Positions 10,097 to 22,826 of a stretch of DNA of 64,000 nucleotides are shown one piece after another. Every line of letters begins with the position of its first letter. Positions within the stretch are counted from its first letter, which is position 1. Under the pieces are notes generated by a model. It did not search any database. It was not told the DNA's origin and saw nothing but the letters and a program-made list of their open reading frames with translations. Both the position numbers and the translations under genes were made by a program. The DNA lies in contig NW_027590623.1 in NCBI RefSeq assembly GCF_964213995.1, positions 62,001-126,000 of the forward strand, given 5' to 3'. This stretch comes from Mustelus asterias. Taxonomy: Eukaryota.

Positions 10097-10403
10097 TGGC
10101 AGCACGGTGGCACAGTGGTTACCACTTCTGCCTCACGGCACCAGGGACCCGGGTTCCATTCCCAGCTTGGGTCACTGTCTGTGCGGAGTTGGCACATTCT
10201 CCCCGTGTCTTTGTGGGTTTCCTCCGGGTGCTCCGGTTTCCACCCACAGTCCAAAGATGTGCGGGTTGGGTGGATTGGCCATGATAAATTGACCCTTAGC
10301 GACAAGCTAGGGTAAATATATGGGGATAGGGCCTGGGTGGGATTGTGGGTTGGTGCAGACTCGTTGGGCCGAATGGCCTCCTCTGCACTGCAGGGATTCT
10401 ATG
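10097..10403 (+). mobile_element. V-SINE (HE1-like) (paralog ~34220-34526)
   Basis: GGCAGCACGGTGGCACAGTGGTTA...GGGCCGAATGGCCTCCTCTGCACTGCAGGGATTCTATG. Confidence 0.87.
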
Positions 10404-10811
10404 TATATTGTTGTTTAGACAAAAATACTGTGTTTACCCCAGTCCAACGCCGGCATCTCCACATCATGTTCTGCCTGAGTCAGAGGTGGAAGAAGATTCC
10501 ATCAAGAGGAAATTGAATGGGAAGCTGAAGGGAAAATATTGACAGGGTTACGGGGAGAGGGTGGAGGATTGGGAATAGTGAAACTGCTCTTGCAGTGTGT
10601 CGATCCAGGCTTGACGGGCTGAATGGCCTCCTGTGCTGTCACCATTCTATGATTCACACACAAGTTAACTTCTCAGTGTCTATTAGGCCCCACTCGTTCC
10701 TCCATGATCAGTTCCAGCATTTCAAGTTCAGATCCCAGTACTTTTTAGTTGGGGCATTGAGGAGTAAAACAGAAATAGGAATGAGAGTGTCGGTGCGCTT
10801 ATGTTTTTGTA

Positions 10812-10814
<3 letters not shown>

Positions 10815-10858
<44 letters not shown>

Positions 10859-11200
10859 CAGTTTCTAAGTGTGTGCAAGTGTCTATTTCAATGTGTGCTT
10901 CTGTGTGTGTGATTGTGAGTGAGTGTGTGTCTGTCTCTCTGTGTCTTTGTGCATGTGTGTCTGTGAGTGTGTGTTTGTGTCCCTCTGCGTGTGTGTCCGT
11001 GAGTGTCTGTGTGTTTCTCTCTTTGCCTGTGTGTCTGTGTGTGTGTCTCTCTCTGTGTCTTTGTGCATGTGTGTCTGTGAGTGTGTGTTTGTGTCTCTCT
11101 GCGTGTGTGCGTGTGTGTCCGTGAGTGTGTGTTTGTGTCTCTGTGTGTGTGTGTCCGTGAGTGTCTGTGTGCCTCTCTCTTTGTCTGTGTGTGTGTGTGT

Positions 11201-11249
<49 letters not shown>

Positions 11250-11250
11250 T
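10815..11250. repeat. Compound (TG)n/(TC)n microsatellite; related tracts at 2477-2545, 2915-3090, 23675-24075, 34938-35325, 35405-35515, 48675-48910
   Basis: Direct inspection; source of the Cys/Val- and His/Thr-rich ORFs. Confidence 0.95.
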
Positions 11251-11328
11251 CATGATCTGTTTGAGTGGTGGAGCAGGCTCGATGGGTCAAATGGCCTCCA
11301 ACTGAACATATTTGAGATTCAAATACAT

Positions 11329-11595
11329 NNNNNNNNNNNNNNNNNNNNNNNNNNNNNNNNNNNNNNNNNNNNNNNNNNNNNNNNNNNNNNNNNNNNNNNN
11401 NNNNNNNNNNNNNNNNNNNNNNNNNNNNNNNNNNNNNNNNNNNNNNNNNNNNNNNNNNNNNNNNNNNNNNNNNNNNNNNNNNNNNNNNNNNNNNNNNNNN
11501 NNNNNNNNNNNNNNNNNNNNNNNNNNNNNNNNNNNNNNNNNNNNNNNNNNNNNNNNNNNNNNNNNNNNNNNNNNNNNNNNNNNNNNNNNNNNNNN
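11329..11595. other. Assembly gap (267 N)
   Basis: Run of n; the paralogous interval 35404-35524 is a (CA)-rich tract. Confidence 0.99.
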
Positions 11596-12959
11596 CAGTA
11601 TTGACATATTTATTGACCATTTAATGTGACTGAATGCTACACATCCTGGTTTGCCGATGACACAAAACATTAGACAGCATTGTAAGCAGCATAGCTGGAA
11701 ACATCACATTGCAAAGAGTTATTCATATTTTGTCCATGGACAAAACTGGTGGAGAGGTTTCAGTGCAGGGAAATGTAATTTGACACAACTTAGATTTAAA
11801 AGGGAGAGAACAACGTACTTTAATAAATGATGAAATGACAGAAACAGTGGAAGCTCCAAATGTCCAGATATTTCACAGCTGGATTCACACAAAACACACA
11901 GCAATGGATCTGATATTGCGGAATTGTTGTAAATGTGGTTAATCTCAGTACGGAGGCTGTCTTCATGTTACAATGTTAATCTGATCACTCTCATCAAAAC
12001 AGGATCAACATTTCTGTACAATGTGAGTGAATCATCAGCTCAAATAGTTCAGGTTCAATGTTTAAAATAACCAGTCACTTTTCTGTGGCTGCTTTGGGAG
12101 TGTCAGTGGAATGTAGTTCACAGTAAAGTGTGAACAATTGTATTGGGGAATAATTGGAAGCAGTTTCCATTGAGAGCTTCCTGCATTCTGGAAATGTGTG
12201 TGATCCATTCAGAGATAGGAAATGGACGGATGAATAAAGATGCAGTTTGTTGTTAATGACATGAGATTGTCTGCCTTGAAGATTCACAAGTTCCATGTGC
12301 TGAGAGAAAGGAATGATTAAACAATGTCGAGAATTCAAATCCTTCAGACAAGTGAAAAAGCAGGAGAATAACTGAATCCACAAACGCTGCCACAGACAGT
12401 ATTCGAAGCTTCAACTTCATGTTTGAATGGGAAGGGCTGATTGAAATAAACAGGAGGCCACACTGGGATGCTGAGCAATTTGATCCCTGTTTTTCCTAAA
12501 CTTCAAATAAAAATCTGTGATGAAACATTCCTTGGACAGAGCAGAGGGGATTTTACTCTGTATTTACCCCATTACAGTATTTGTGTTGGGAACATTTGAT
12601 GAACAGTGCAGATTAAACATTATTCTTAACCGCTGGAATTTAAGTTGGGGGCTGATTTAATCAAACATTGAAAATAATGAGGGAAAGGGAGAGGCTGATA
12701 AAGAACAAGTTTTTCTGCTGTCTGGGAACTCCAGGATTTGGGAATATTTGAATGTTAGCCTCAGTTTAGAATTTTAGAATTGTAGAAATGGAAACATTGC
12801 CAGATGTGGTGTGGAGTTAGTTTGAAACAATCTTCTGCAAATGGCTATTGATGCTCAGTCACTTGTTATTATTTTAAATCTGGGGTTGATAGATTTTCCT
12901 TAGTCCAAGGGGTTAAGAGACAGAGAGTTAGATCACAGATCAGCCAGGATCTTATTGAA

Positions 12960-15900
12960 TATTGGAACAGGCTTTCAGGAAGATTGTTCCAGATTCCAAA
13001 CACCCTCTTGATGAAGTGCTTTTCCTCACTTCACTTCTGATCCATTTCCCCATCATTTAGAATCTGTGCCCTCTAGTTCATGACCATCTCTTGAGAAGGA
13101 AGAGTTTCTCACTCTTTAACCTGTGGATACCCCTTAGGATCTTGAACCTCTCTCTTAAGTCTCACCTCAGCCTTCTTTTCTCCAAGGGAAAACAGTCCCA
13201 ACCTCTCCAATCTACCCTCGTAGCTACGGATCTTATTCCCTGGAATCATTCTTGTGAATCTCCTCTGCACTCTCTCCAATGTCTTCACATCCCTCCTCAA
13301 GTACGGTGCCCAGAACTGGGCGCAGTCTCCAGATGAGGCCTAACAAGTGTCTTATACAAGTTCAATATGAACTCCTTACTCTTGTCCTCAATTCCTCCAT
13401 TAATAAAAGCTGGGATACCATATACTTCATTTACTGCTCTCTCAAAGTGCCCTGCCACCTTCACTGACGTATGTACATATTAGAATCATGGAATCCCTAC
13501 AGTGCAGAAGGAGGCCATACAGCCCATCGAGCCTGCGCTGACAACATTCCCACCCAGGCCCTATCCCCGTGATGCAACGTATTTACCCTGATAATACCGG
13601 CATGAATTGAGAAATGGTTAACGGACAGAAAACAGAGCTTAGGTACAAATGGGTCATTTTCAGGGTGGCAGGCTGTGACCAGCGGCTTATCACAAGGATC
13701 AGTACTCGGGAGCCCAGCTATTCACAATCCATATCATTGATTTGGGCGTTTGGGATCAAATGTAATATTTCCCAGTTTGCAGATGACTTGAAAGCAGGTG
13801 TGAGTTGTGAGGAGGATGTAGACTCTTCAAGGGGATGTGGGAGAGGCTGAATTAGTGGTGAAACCACACACGGAGTGTTGTGGACAGTTTTATCCTCTTA
13901 CCTAAGGAAAGACATTCTTGTCCGAGAGGGACTTCAATGACATTTCACTGCATTAATTCCTGGGATGGAGGGATTGTCCTCTGAGGAAAGAAAATGGACT
14001 TTTACTTTATGCACTTGAGAAGCATGAGAGGTGACCTCATTCAAACTTGGACAATTCCTACAGGGCTCAGCAGGGTCGAGTCATAGAGGTTTACAGCATG
14101 GAAACGCGCTTTGGCCCAACTTGTCCATGCCGCCCAGTTTTTACCATTAAGCTAATCACAATTGCCTGTGTTTCGCCCATATCCCTCTATACCAATCTTA
14201 CCCATGTAACTGTCTAAATGCTTTTTAAAACATAAAATTGTACCCGCCTCTACTACTACCTCTGGCAGCTCATTCCAGACACTCACCACCCTCTGTGTGA
14301 AAAGAATTGCCCCTCTGGACCCTTTTGTATCTCTCCCCTCTCACCTTAAACCTATGCCCTCTAGTTTTAGACTCCCCTACCTTTGGGAGAAGATATTGAC
14401 TATGTAGCTGATCTATGCCCCTCATTATTTTATAGACCTCTATAAAATCACCCCTCAGTCTTCTACGCGACAGGGAAAAAAGTCCCAGTCTGTGCAACCT
14501 CTCCTTAAAACCCAAACTATCATGTCGCACGGGGATCATGTATCATATCAACCTGGTGAACCTTCTCTGCACTCCCTCCAAGGCCAATATATCCTTCCGC
14601 AAATAAGGGGACCAATACTGCACACAGTATTCCAGCTGCGGCCTCACCAATGCCCTGTACAGATGCAGCAAGTCATCTCTGCTTTTATATTCTATCCCCC
14701 TCGCGATAAATGCCAACATCCCGTTTGCCTTCTTGATCACCTGTTGCACCTGCAGACTGGGTTTTTGCGTCTCATGCACAAGGACCCCCAGGTCCCTCTG
14801 CACAGCAGCATGTTGTAATTTTTTTCCATTTAGATAATAATCCAATTTACTATTATTTCCTCCAAAGTGAATAACCTCGCATTTGTCAACGTTATACTCC
14901 ATCTGCCAGATCCTCGCCCACTCACTCAGCCTGTCCAAATCTCTCTGCAGACCTTCTACACCCTCCACACGATTCACTTTTCCACTTATCTTTGTGTCGT
15001 CTGCAAACTTTGTTACCCTACACTCAATCCCCCTCCTCCAGATCGTCGATATAAATGGTAAATAGTTGAGGCCCCAGTACCGATCCCTGCGGCACGCCAC
15101 TAGTTACCATCCGCCAACCAGAAAAGCACCCATTTATTCCGACTCTCTGCTTCCTGTGAGGAGGAATTTCTTCCCTCAGAGTCATAGAGTGGTGCAGTGA
15201 AGAAAAGGCCCTTCGACCCATTGAGTCTGCACCAACAGTAACTACCACTAAAGTTGTGCTCATCCAATTTTCCATCTCTTGTACCATATCTTTGAATGTT
15301 GTGATGTTTCAAGTGCTCATCCAAATGCTTTTGAAAGGTTGTAAGGTTTCCGACCTCCACTGCCTTCCCAGGCAGTACATTCCTGATTCCCATCACCCTC
15401 TGAGTGAATGTTTTTCTCAACTCTCCTCTGAATCTCCTGCCCTTTGCCCTAAAACTATGTCCCCTCATGATTGATCCCTCAACCAAGGGGAACAGCCGTT
15501 TCCTATTCACCCTGTCCATACCCCTCATAATCTTACACACCTCAATCAGCCTTCTCTGCTCTAAAGAAAACAATCCAAACCTATCCAGTCTCTCCTTATA
15601 GCTCAAATACTCCATCCCAGGCAACTTGCTGCTGAGCCTCCTCTGTACCCCCTCTAGTGCTATCATATCCTTCCTCTGGTGTGGTGACCAGATCTGCACA
15701 CGGTACTCCAGGTGTGGCCTAACCAACGCTCTGTACAACTCCAACATTAACTCTTTGCTCTTCTACTCTGCGCCATGACTGATAAAAGCAAGTGTCTCAT
15801 CTGCCTTCTTTACCACTTGATTCACCTGCTCTGCTGCCTTCAGGGATCTGTGAATAATTGCCCAAGATCCATATGTTCCTCTGAGCTTCCCAGTGTCCTG

Positions 15901-16418
15901 CAACTCATTAAATACTCCCTTGCCTTGTTACTGCTTCCAAAGTGCATCACCTCGCACCTATCAGGGTCAAATACCATCTGCCACTGCTCTGCCTATCTGA
16001 CCAACCCAGCGATATCTTCCTGTAACCTACAACCTTCTTCACTATTAACCATCCTACCAATCTTGGTGTCATCTGGAACCTTGCTTATCATTGCCCCCAC
16101 ATTATCATCTGTCTCATTTATGTATAACAACAACAAGCCCCCCAGCACGGAGCCTTGTGGTGCACCACTGGACACCGGCCTCCAGCCACTCAAACAGCCT
16201 TCCAACACCACCCTTTGTGTCCAATTACTAAACCAGTTTCGGATCCATCTCGCCAAGTTTTCCTGAATTCCATGTGCTTCCAGGATGGTGAATCTTTGGA
16301 ATTCCCTATCCCAGGGAGCTGTGGAGGCTCAGTCATCGTTCACAGACTGAGATGGATAGGTTTCTACAGATTAAACATATTGCAAAGTTTCACCATCTGT
16401 GACCCCTTGTTCCAGCCT

Positions 16419-16449
<31 letters not shown>

Positions 16450-17830
16450 CCCCACCCCCTCAGCCCCTCAGCTGGAGGAAACAACATCCCTGTATTCAGT
16501 CACTCCAGCCCAGTCAGAATTTATACATTTCAATTCGATCCCCTCTCATTCTTCGGAACTCCAGTGAATACAGGCCCAGTCGACTCAATCTCTCCTCATA
16601 CGACAATCCTGCCATCCCAGGAATCAGTCTGGTGTGCCTCCGCTGCTCTCCCTCTATGGTAAGTGCAGCATTTCATAGTTACAGAGACAAAAACTGTACA
16701 CAATATTCCAGGTGTGGTCTCACCGAGGGCCTGTACAGCTGCAGTAAGACATCCTTGCCCCTTTCCTCAAGTTCTCTTGCAATGAAGGCCAACATATCAT
16801 TTGCCTTCCTAACTGTTTGCTGTAGCTGCATGCTTGCTTTCAGTCTCTGGTGTACTGGGACACCCAGGTCCCTTTGTATATCAACATTTCCCAATCTATC
16901 ACCATTTAAATCATCCTCTGCCATTCTGCTTCTCTGTCCGAAGTAGTTAAATTCTCGTTTGTCCACGTTATGCAGCATCTGCCGTGCATTTACCCATTCA
17001 CTCAATTTTCTGAAGTCACTGTGAAACATTTTAACATCCTTCTCACTACTCACATTCCCAACAAGTTTCATGGCATCAGCAAACTTGGAAATATTATTTT
17101 TGGTTCCCTCATCCAAATCATTGGTGTACATCTCGTGTGTGTCTCAATGTCAGCTCGGAAACATGTACAGCACAATCCCATCCTGTTTCTGTCTTTCTAT
17201 GGCTCTGTATCTGTATATATCTCTCTCTGAAATTAGAATGAAGAAAATTACAGCACAAGAACAGGCCCTTTGGCCCTCCAAGCATGCACCAACCATGTGT
17301 GAACTAAAAACACCTCCCCTTCCAGGGACCATATCCCTCTATTCCCATCCTATTCTTGTATTTCTCCAGACGCCCCTTAAAACTCATTATTGTATCTGCT
17401 TCCACTCCCTCTCCCAGCAGCGAGTTCCAGGCACCCACCACCCTCTGTGTAAAAAACTTGCCTCGTACGTCTCCTTTAAACCTTGTCCCTCACACCTTAA
17501 ACCTGTGCCCCCTAGTAATTGACTCTTCAACCCTGGGAAAAAGCTCCTGACTATCCACTCTGTCCATGCCTCTCATAATCTTGTAGATTTCTATCAGGTC
17601 ACCCCCCTTGCCTCTGTCATTCCAGTGAGAACAAACCAAGTTTCTCCAAACTCTCCTCATAGCTAATGCCCTCCATACCAGGCAACATCCTGGTAAATCT
17701 TTTCTGTACCGTCTCCAAAGCCTGCACATCCTTCTAGTAGTGTGGCGACCAGAATTGAACACTATATTCCAAGTGCGGCCTAACAATGGTTCTATAAAGC
17801 TGCAACATGGCTTGCCAATTTTTAAACTCA
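12960..17830 (-). mobile_element. Cluster of nested or adjacent CR1-type LINE ORF2 (RT) fragments, mostly minus strand, with a + strand piece ~13600-14075 and a SINE tail ~13481-13590
   Basis: RT motifs [38 protein letters not shown] in ORFs 14543..15100, 15024..15287, 15100..15747, 15993..16256, 16679..17131; all frameshifted or truncated. Confidence 0.92.
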
Positions 17831-18639
17831 ATGCGTGTGGCGTCAAAATTTTGCTTATTTCCTAAATAACACTGACAACATTTCAAAAGCGCTCCATTGT
17901 CGGTGAAACACTTTTGGAAACCCTAAAGCCATGAATAGTACTTTAGAAATGTCCATCCCCCAAGTTGCTGTGAGGACATTCAGAGTCAGTGTGTGACTTG
18001 GGTCAAAGATAGACCAGCGAGGTCTCTCCCTTAATGACATTGAGTGACTCTTTAGCTTTTTATGATGAGCAGAATCCTTTCATCTCTCTTGTGTCTAATT
18101 CATTCCAATTCTGTCCCTGACATTAATCAGTTGTGACTTTCTGTAGGAGCTGGAATGTTCTCTCTGGCGACAGAGAATCCATTGAGAGGAGGATCAGGTG
18201 TGACCTTTCTCTCCTGGAATCCATCTTTCCTGTTTGTGTCTTGTAGATTGTGTGTGGAGAGAGCAGAGGGAAAAGGCTGAGTGGATTTGTAATGAACAGG
18301 GGTTTGCTTTCATTCACAAACTGGAGCTGAAGCCAACGTGTGCAGATGTGAAGAATGGAGATCAGAAAAGGACCATGGGGAGAATTGGAGACTATTCTGC
18401 CCATCCAGATGTGCTGTCTTTTTGGAAGAGAAATCTAGTTAATCTCTATTTACAGAGGGAGAAGGGATTCCTCCTCCATTATATATCTGTTTAGTTTTAG
18501 GCTGTCTGAGTGTGAGTGTTAGTGTGCGTGCATATTTTTCTCAATCTGCCTGTCTCTCAGTCCCCCTGGTCCCAGAATCTGTTTCTCTCTCCACAGATGC
18601 TGCCTGACCTGTTTGGTATGTGCTTATTTTCTGTTTCAG

Positions 18640-19130
18640 TATCTGAGGAGTTGCGCATGGTGCTGAACATTGTGCAATCATCAGCGAACATCCCCACTTC
18701 AGACCTTGTGATGGAGGGAAGGTCAGTGATGGAGCAGCTGAAGATGGTTGGGGCCTCGGACACTCACCCTGAGGAACTCCTGCAAGGACGTCCCGGGACT
18801 GAGAGAATTGGCTTTGAGATAATCGGCACATTGGGGGAAAGGTTGAAAACCAGAGGATGCTGAATTCAGGTAAATGGCGACAGCGGCAACATGAGGAAAT
18901 GTTTCTAACGTAGTGAGTGTCCAGTATCTGGAATGTACTGTCTGAGCGTGAGGTGGAAGCAGATTCCATCAAGGACTTCCAGGAGAAGTTGAATGGGAAG
19001 CTGAAGGGGAAATATTTACAGGGTCACGGGGAAAGGGTGGAGGAGTGGGAATAGTGACATTGCTCTTGCAGAGTGTCGCACTGGCTTGATGGGGCTGAAT
19101 GGCCTCCTGTGCTGTCACTGTTCTATGATT
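18640..19130. mobile_element. Two short CR1-type fragments (minus ~18640-18805, plus ~18820-19130; paralog ~42885-43375)
   Basis: PTIFSCSITDLPSITRSEVGMFADDCT (minus) and a CR1-type 3' tail GGGCTGAATGGCCTCCTGTGCTGT...TTCTATGATTC (plus). Confidence 0.75.
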
Positions 19131-20237
19131 CATATGCAAGTTATCTTCTCAGTGTCTATTAGACCCCACTCTTTCCTCCATGATCAGTTACAGCATTTTA
19201 AGTTCAGATCCCAGAACGTTTTATTTGGGGATTTGAGGAGTGATTTGTTTTCCAGCATGGCCGAGAATTTGATGCTGTAACTGAAGCCACAATTGAATGA
19301 TTCTGAGGGCAGATTATGATCCACTGAGACACAGCTGGCTCCGAGCTTCCCTGAAAAATGTCGCTGTTGTGTTCCCGGCCAGATGATTTCTCCGTCTTAT
19401 GGAAGTTGGTTCACTCAGTTGGCTGGACAGCTGGTTTGAGATGCACAAAGTCTCCAACACGTCATGAAAGCCCAACCCTTTCAACCTTTCCCCTGGCCTG
19501 AGGTGTGGTAAATCACCGCCAGTGAGTTCTCCCCCTCAAAGGGGAGAGCAGCAGATCGTCATCTGGGACTGTGGTCACTTTCCCTTTACCGACGTTCAAC
19601 TTTATTTCCCTTCCTCAATTTCTGCTCATCTCCAAGAGACTCGAGCGAAATTCACCCAATCTTTCAACACCAATATTACACACACAATACTGGAGCAATT
19701 GGACATTTCACACAACACCCAATAGCTGGTAACAAGACCAAACAAAAACTGTTCCAAACAAGAGTGGTGGCACCAGCTGACCCACACAAATATATAACTT
19801 GAAAGGAATATTCGTCTATCCATCCAGCTGACTCTCTTTCTCTGTCTATCTAACAGAGAGATTTTTCAGTGCAGTAACAACTGAAACAGGGTAGAATGTA
19901 GGAATAAGAAAGACAGGAACTTGTGTAACATAAAACTGAGACACAGGTGAGTTGAGTAATGAATGAAACAAGGCCGAACACAGCAGTATCTCCGATGATG
20001 CTGAATGTAAGAGAGACAGATCAAATCTATTCCTGAGGAAGTGCAGCAACAGCTTAGAAATTGTCGGGTGTGGTGTAGATAGAGGCATGGCTGCGTGCGT
20101 CAATAACTGTGACTTCACTGAGTGCATTGGAAACAGTGACATAGTTGAGTGAAGCAATAACTAAGTAAAGACCAATTGTAGTATATACAGAGGGATGGCC
20201 CCATGCATTAAGAAGAGAAACTGTATCTAGTTTATAG

Positions 20238-20525
20238 GGGTGGCGCAGTGGTTAGCACTGCAGCCTCTCAGCGCCAGGGACCCGGGTTCGATTCCCGACT
20301 TGCGTCACTGTCTGTGTGGAGTCTGCATGTTCTCCCCGTGTCTGGGTTTCCTCCGAGTGCTCCGGTTTCCTCCCACAGTCTGAAAGACATGCTGTTCGGT
20401 GGATTGGCCATGCTAAATTCTACCTCAGTGAAGCCGAACAGCGCCGGAGTGTGGCAACTAGGGGATTTTCACAGCAACTTCATTGCAGTGTTAATGTAAG
20501 CCTTCTTGTGACACTAATAAATAAC
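20238..20525 (+). mobile_element. V-SINE, alternative-tail subfamily (paralog ~44958-45245)
   Basis: GGTGGCGCAGTGGTTAGCACTGC...GGTTCGATTCCCG, V core, GACACTAATAAATAA tail. Confidence 0.87.
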
Positions 20526-21301
20526 ATTGAAACTGTATAAAGTGTTATATACACAGATACAGTGCTGAGGTAAAGAGAAATGGAGACATGCTCCACATTC
20601 ATTACCCAGACATGGTCGAGTTTATTTTTTATAAAGAGTGACATGGTTAAATGCAGTGATAATTGAAGCAGGTTCCCTCCCTAACAGCACTGTGGGTGTA
20701 CCTACACCACATAGACAGCAGCGGGTTCAAGACGGCAGCTCACCACCACCTTCTCCAGGGCAACTAGGAATGGGCAATAAATGCTGACCTAGCCAGTGAC
20801 ACCCACATCACAAGAATCAATAAATATTCATCCAACCCAGCACATTGTCCAATGAAATATCAATCCATACATGGTATTAATACAGTGAGAACTCAAAAAG
20901 GGTTGATTGTAGTGTCCACAGCAGCATGGTGTAATGTAGTATTCACTGAGACAACTGAGCGTATAAACAGCGACTGGGTTGAGTGCAGTGATAACTGGGA
21001 AAGGAGCAAATGTCCGGGATTCTCCGGCTGTTCACTCATGGGGAATTCTCTGCTCTCGTTCCCCTGCCTCTGGTTTCCTGCTAGCGTGAGGTGACTTTAA
21101 TGGGAAATCCCATTGACAGCGACAGGACCAAAAACTCCCTCTGCTAGTGAACGGTGTGTCACCTCTCACTGCCCAGAAAGCTGCTGAGGGGAGACTGGAG
21201 GATCCCAGAAACTATGTTAAAAATAGCCATATTGGCAACAGCAGGAAAATATTACATCCCAAACTCAGTAATATTCACAATGATATTCTCCAATCAGCTG
21301 A

Positions 21302-22826
21302 AGGGCAGAGATTACTGATACAAGACCCAGATTGTAATAACTGAGGGAGGTTTAGGGCAGAGATTACTGATACCAGGCCCAGACTGTAATAACTGAGAGA
21401 GGTTTAGGGCAGAGTTTGCTGAATCAAGGCCCAGATTGTAATAACTGAGAGAGGTGTCGGGCAGAGATTACTGATACCAGGCCCAGATTGTAATAACTGA
21501 GAGTGGTTTAGGGCAGAGATTACTGATACAAAGCCCAGATTGTAATGACTGAGAGAGGTTTAGGGCAGAGATTACTGATACCAGGCCCAGATTGTAATAA
21601 CAGAGAGGTTTAGGGCAAAGTTTGCTGAATCAAGGCCCAGATTGTAATAACTGAGAGAGTTGTAGGGCAGAGATTACTGACACAGTGCCCATATTGTAAT
21701 AACTGAGAGAGGTTTATGGCAGAGATTACTGATACAAGTCCCAGATTGTAATAACTGAGAGAGGTTTATGGCAGAGATGACTGATACAAGGCCCAGATTG
21801 TAATAACTGAGAGAGGTTTAGGGCAGAGATTACTGATACAAGGCCCATATTGTAATAACTGAGAGAGGTTTATGGCAGAGATTACTGATACAAGTCCCAG
21901 ATTGTAATAACTGAGAGAGGTTTAGGGCAGAGTTTACTGATACAAGGCCCAGATTGTAATAACTGAGAGAGGTTTAGGGCAGAGTTTACTGAATCAAGGC
22001 CCAGATTGTAATAACCGAGAGAGGTTTCGGGCAGAGTTTACTGATACAAAGCCCAGATTGTTATAACTGAGCAAGGTTTCGGGCAGAGTTTACCGATTGA
22101 AAACCCAGATTGTAATAACTGAGAGAGGTTTATGGCAGAGATTACTGATACAAGGCCCAGATTGTAATGACTGAGAGAGGTTTCGGGCAGAGATTACTGA
22201 TACAAGGCCCAGATTGTAATAACTGAGAGGTTTAGGGCAGAGATTACTGATACAAGTCCCAGATTGTAATAACTGAGAGAGGTTTCGGGCAGAGTTTACT
22301 GATACAAAGCCCAGATTGTAATAACTGAGAGAGGTTTCGGGCTAAGTTTACTGATACAAAACCCAGATTGTAATAACTGAGAGAGGTTTCGGGCAGAGTT
22401 TACTGATACAAGGCCCAGATTGTAATAACTGAGAGAGGTTTCGGGCAGAGATGACTGATACAAGGCCCAGATTGTAATAACTGAGAGAGGTTTCGGGCAG
22501 AGTTTACTGATACCAGGCCCAGATTGTAATAACTGAGAGAGGTTTCAGGCAGAGATTACTGATACAAGGCCCAGATTGTAATAACTGAGTGAGGTTTCGG
22601 ACAGAGTTTACTGATACAAGGCCCAGATTGTAATAACTGAGAGAGGTTTCGGGCAGAGTTTACTGATACAAGGCCCAGATTGTAATAACTGAGAGAGGTT
22701 TCGGGCAGAGTTTACTGATACAAGGCCCAGATTGTAATAACTGAGAGAGGTTTCGGGCAGAGTTTACGGATACAAGGCCCAGATTGTAATAACTGAGAGA
22801 GGTTTAGGGCAGAGATTACTGATACA
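21302..22826. repeat. 52-bp minisatellite, ~29 units (paralog)
   Basis: Same consensus and flanks as 474-2102. Confidence 0.97.

Noticed and set aside
11728-11745. 18-bp perfect palindrome TTTTGTCCATGGACAAAA
   Set aside because: Not preserved in the paralog near 35657 (TTTTGTACATGGACAAAA); likely chance.
14543-17131. Reverse-transcriptase ORFs as a host gene or active full-length element
   Set aside because: Fragmented, frameshifted CR1 pieces; no endonuclease domain or ORF1 seen.
19711-19750. RSS-like CACAACA-24-ACAAAAACT
   Set aside because: Heptamer only 4/7, off-length spacer, no V or D coding flank.
19856-19946. Plus-strand AG/GT-bounded exon candidate
   Set aside because: Stops in all three frames and no other support.
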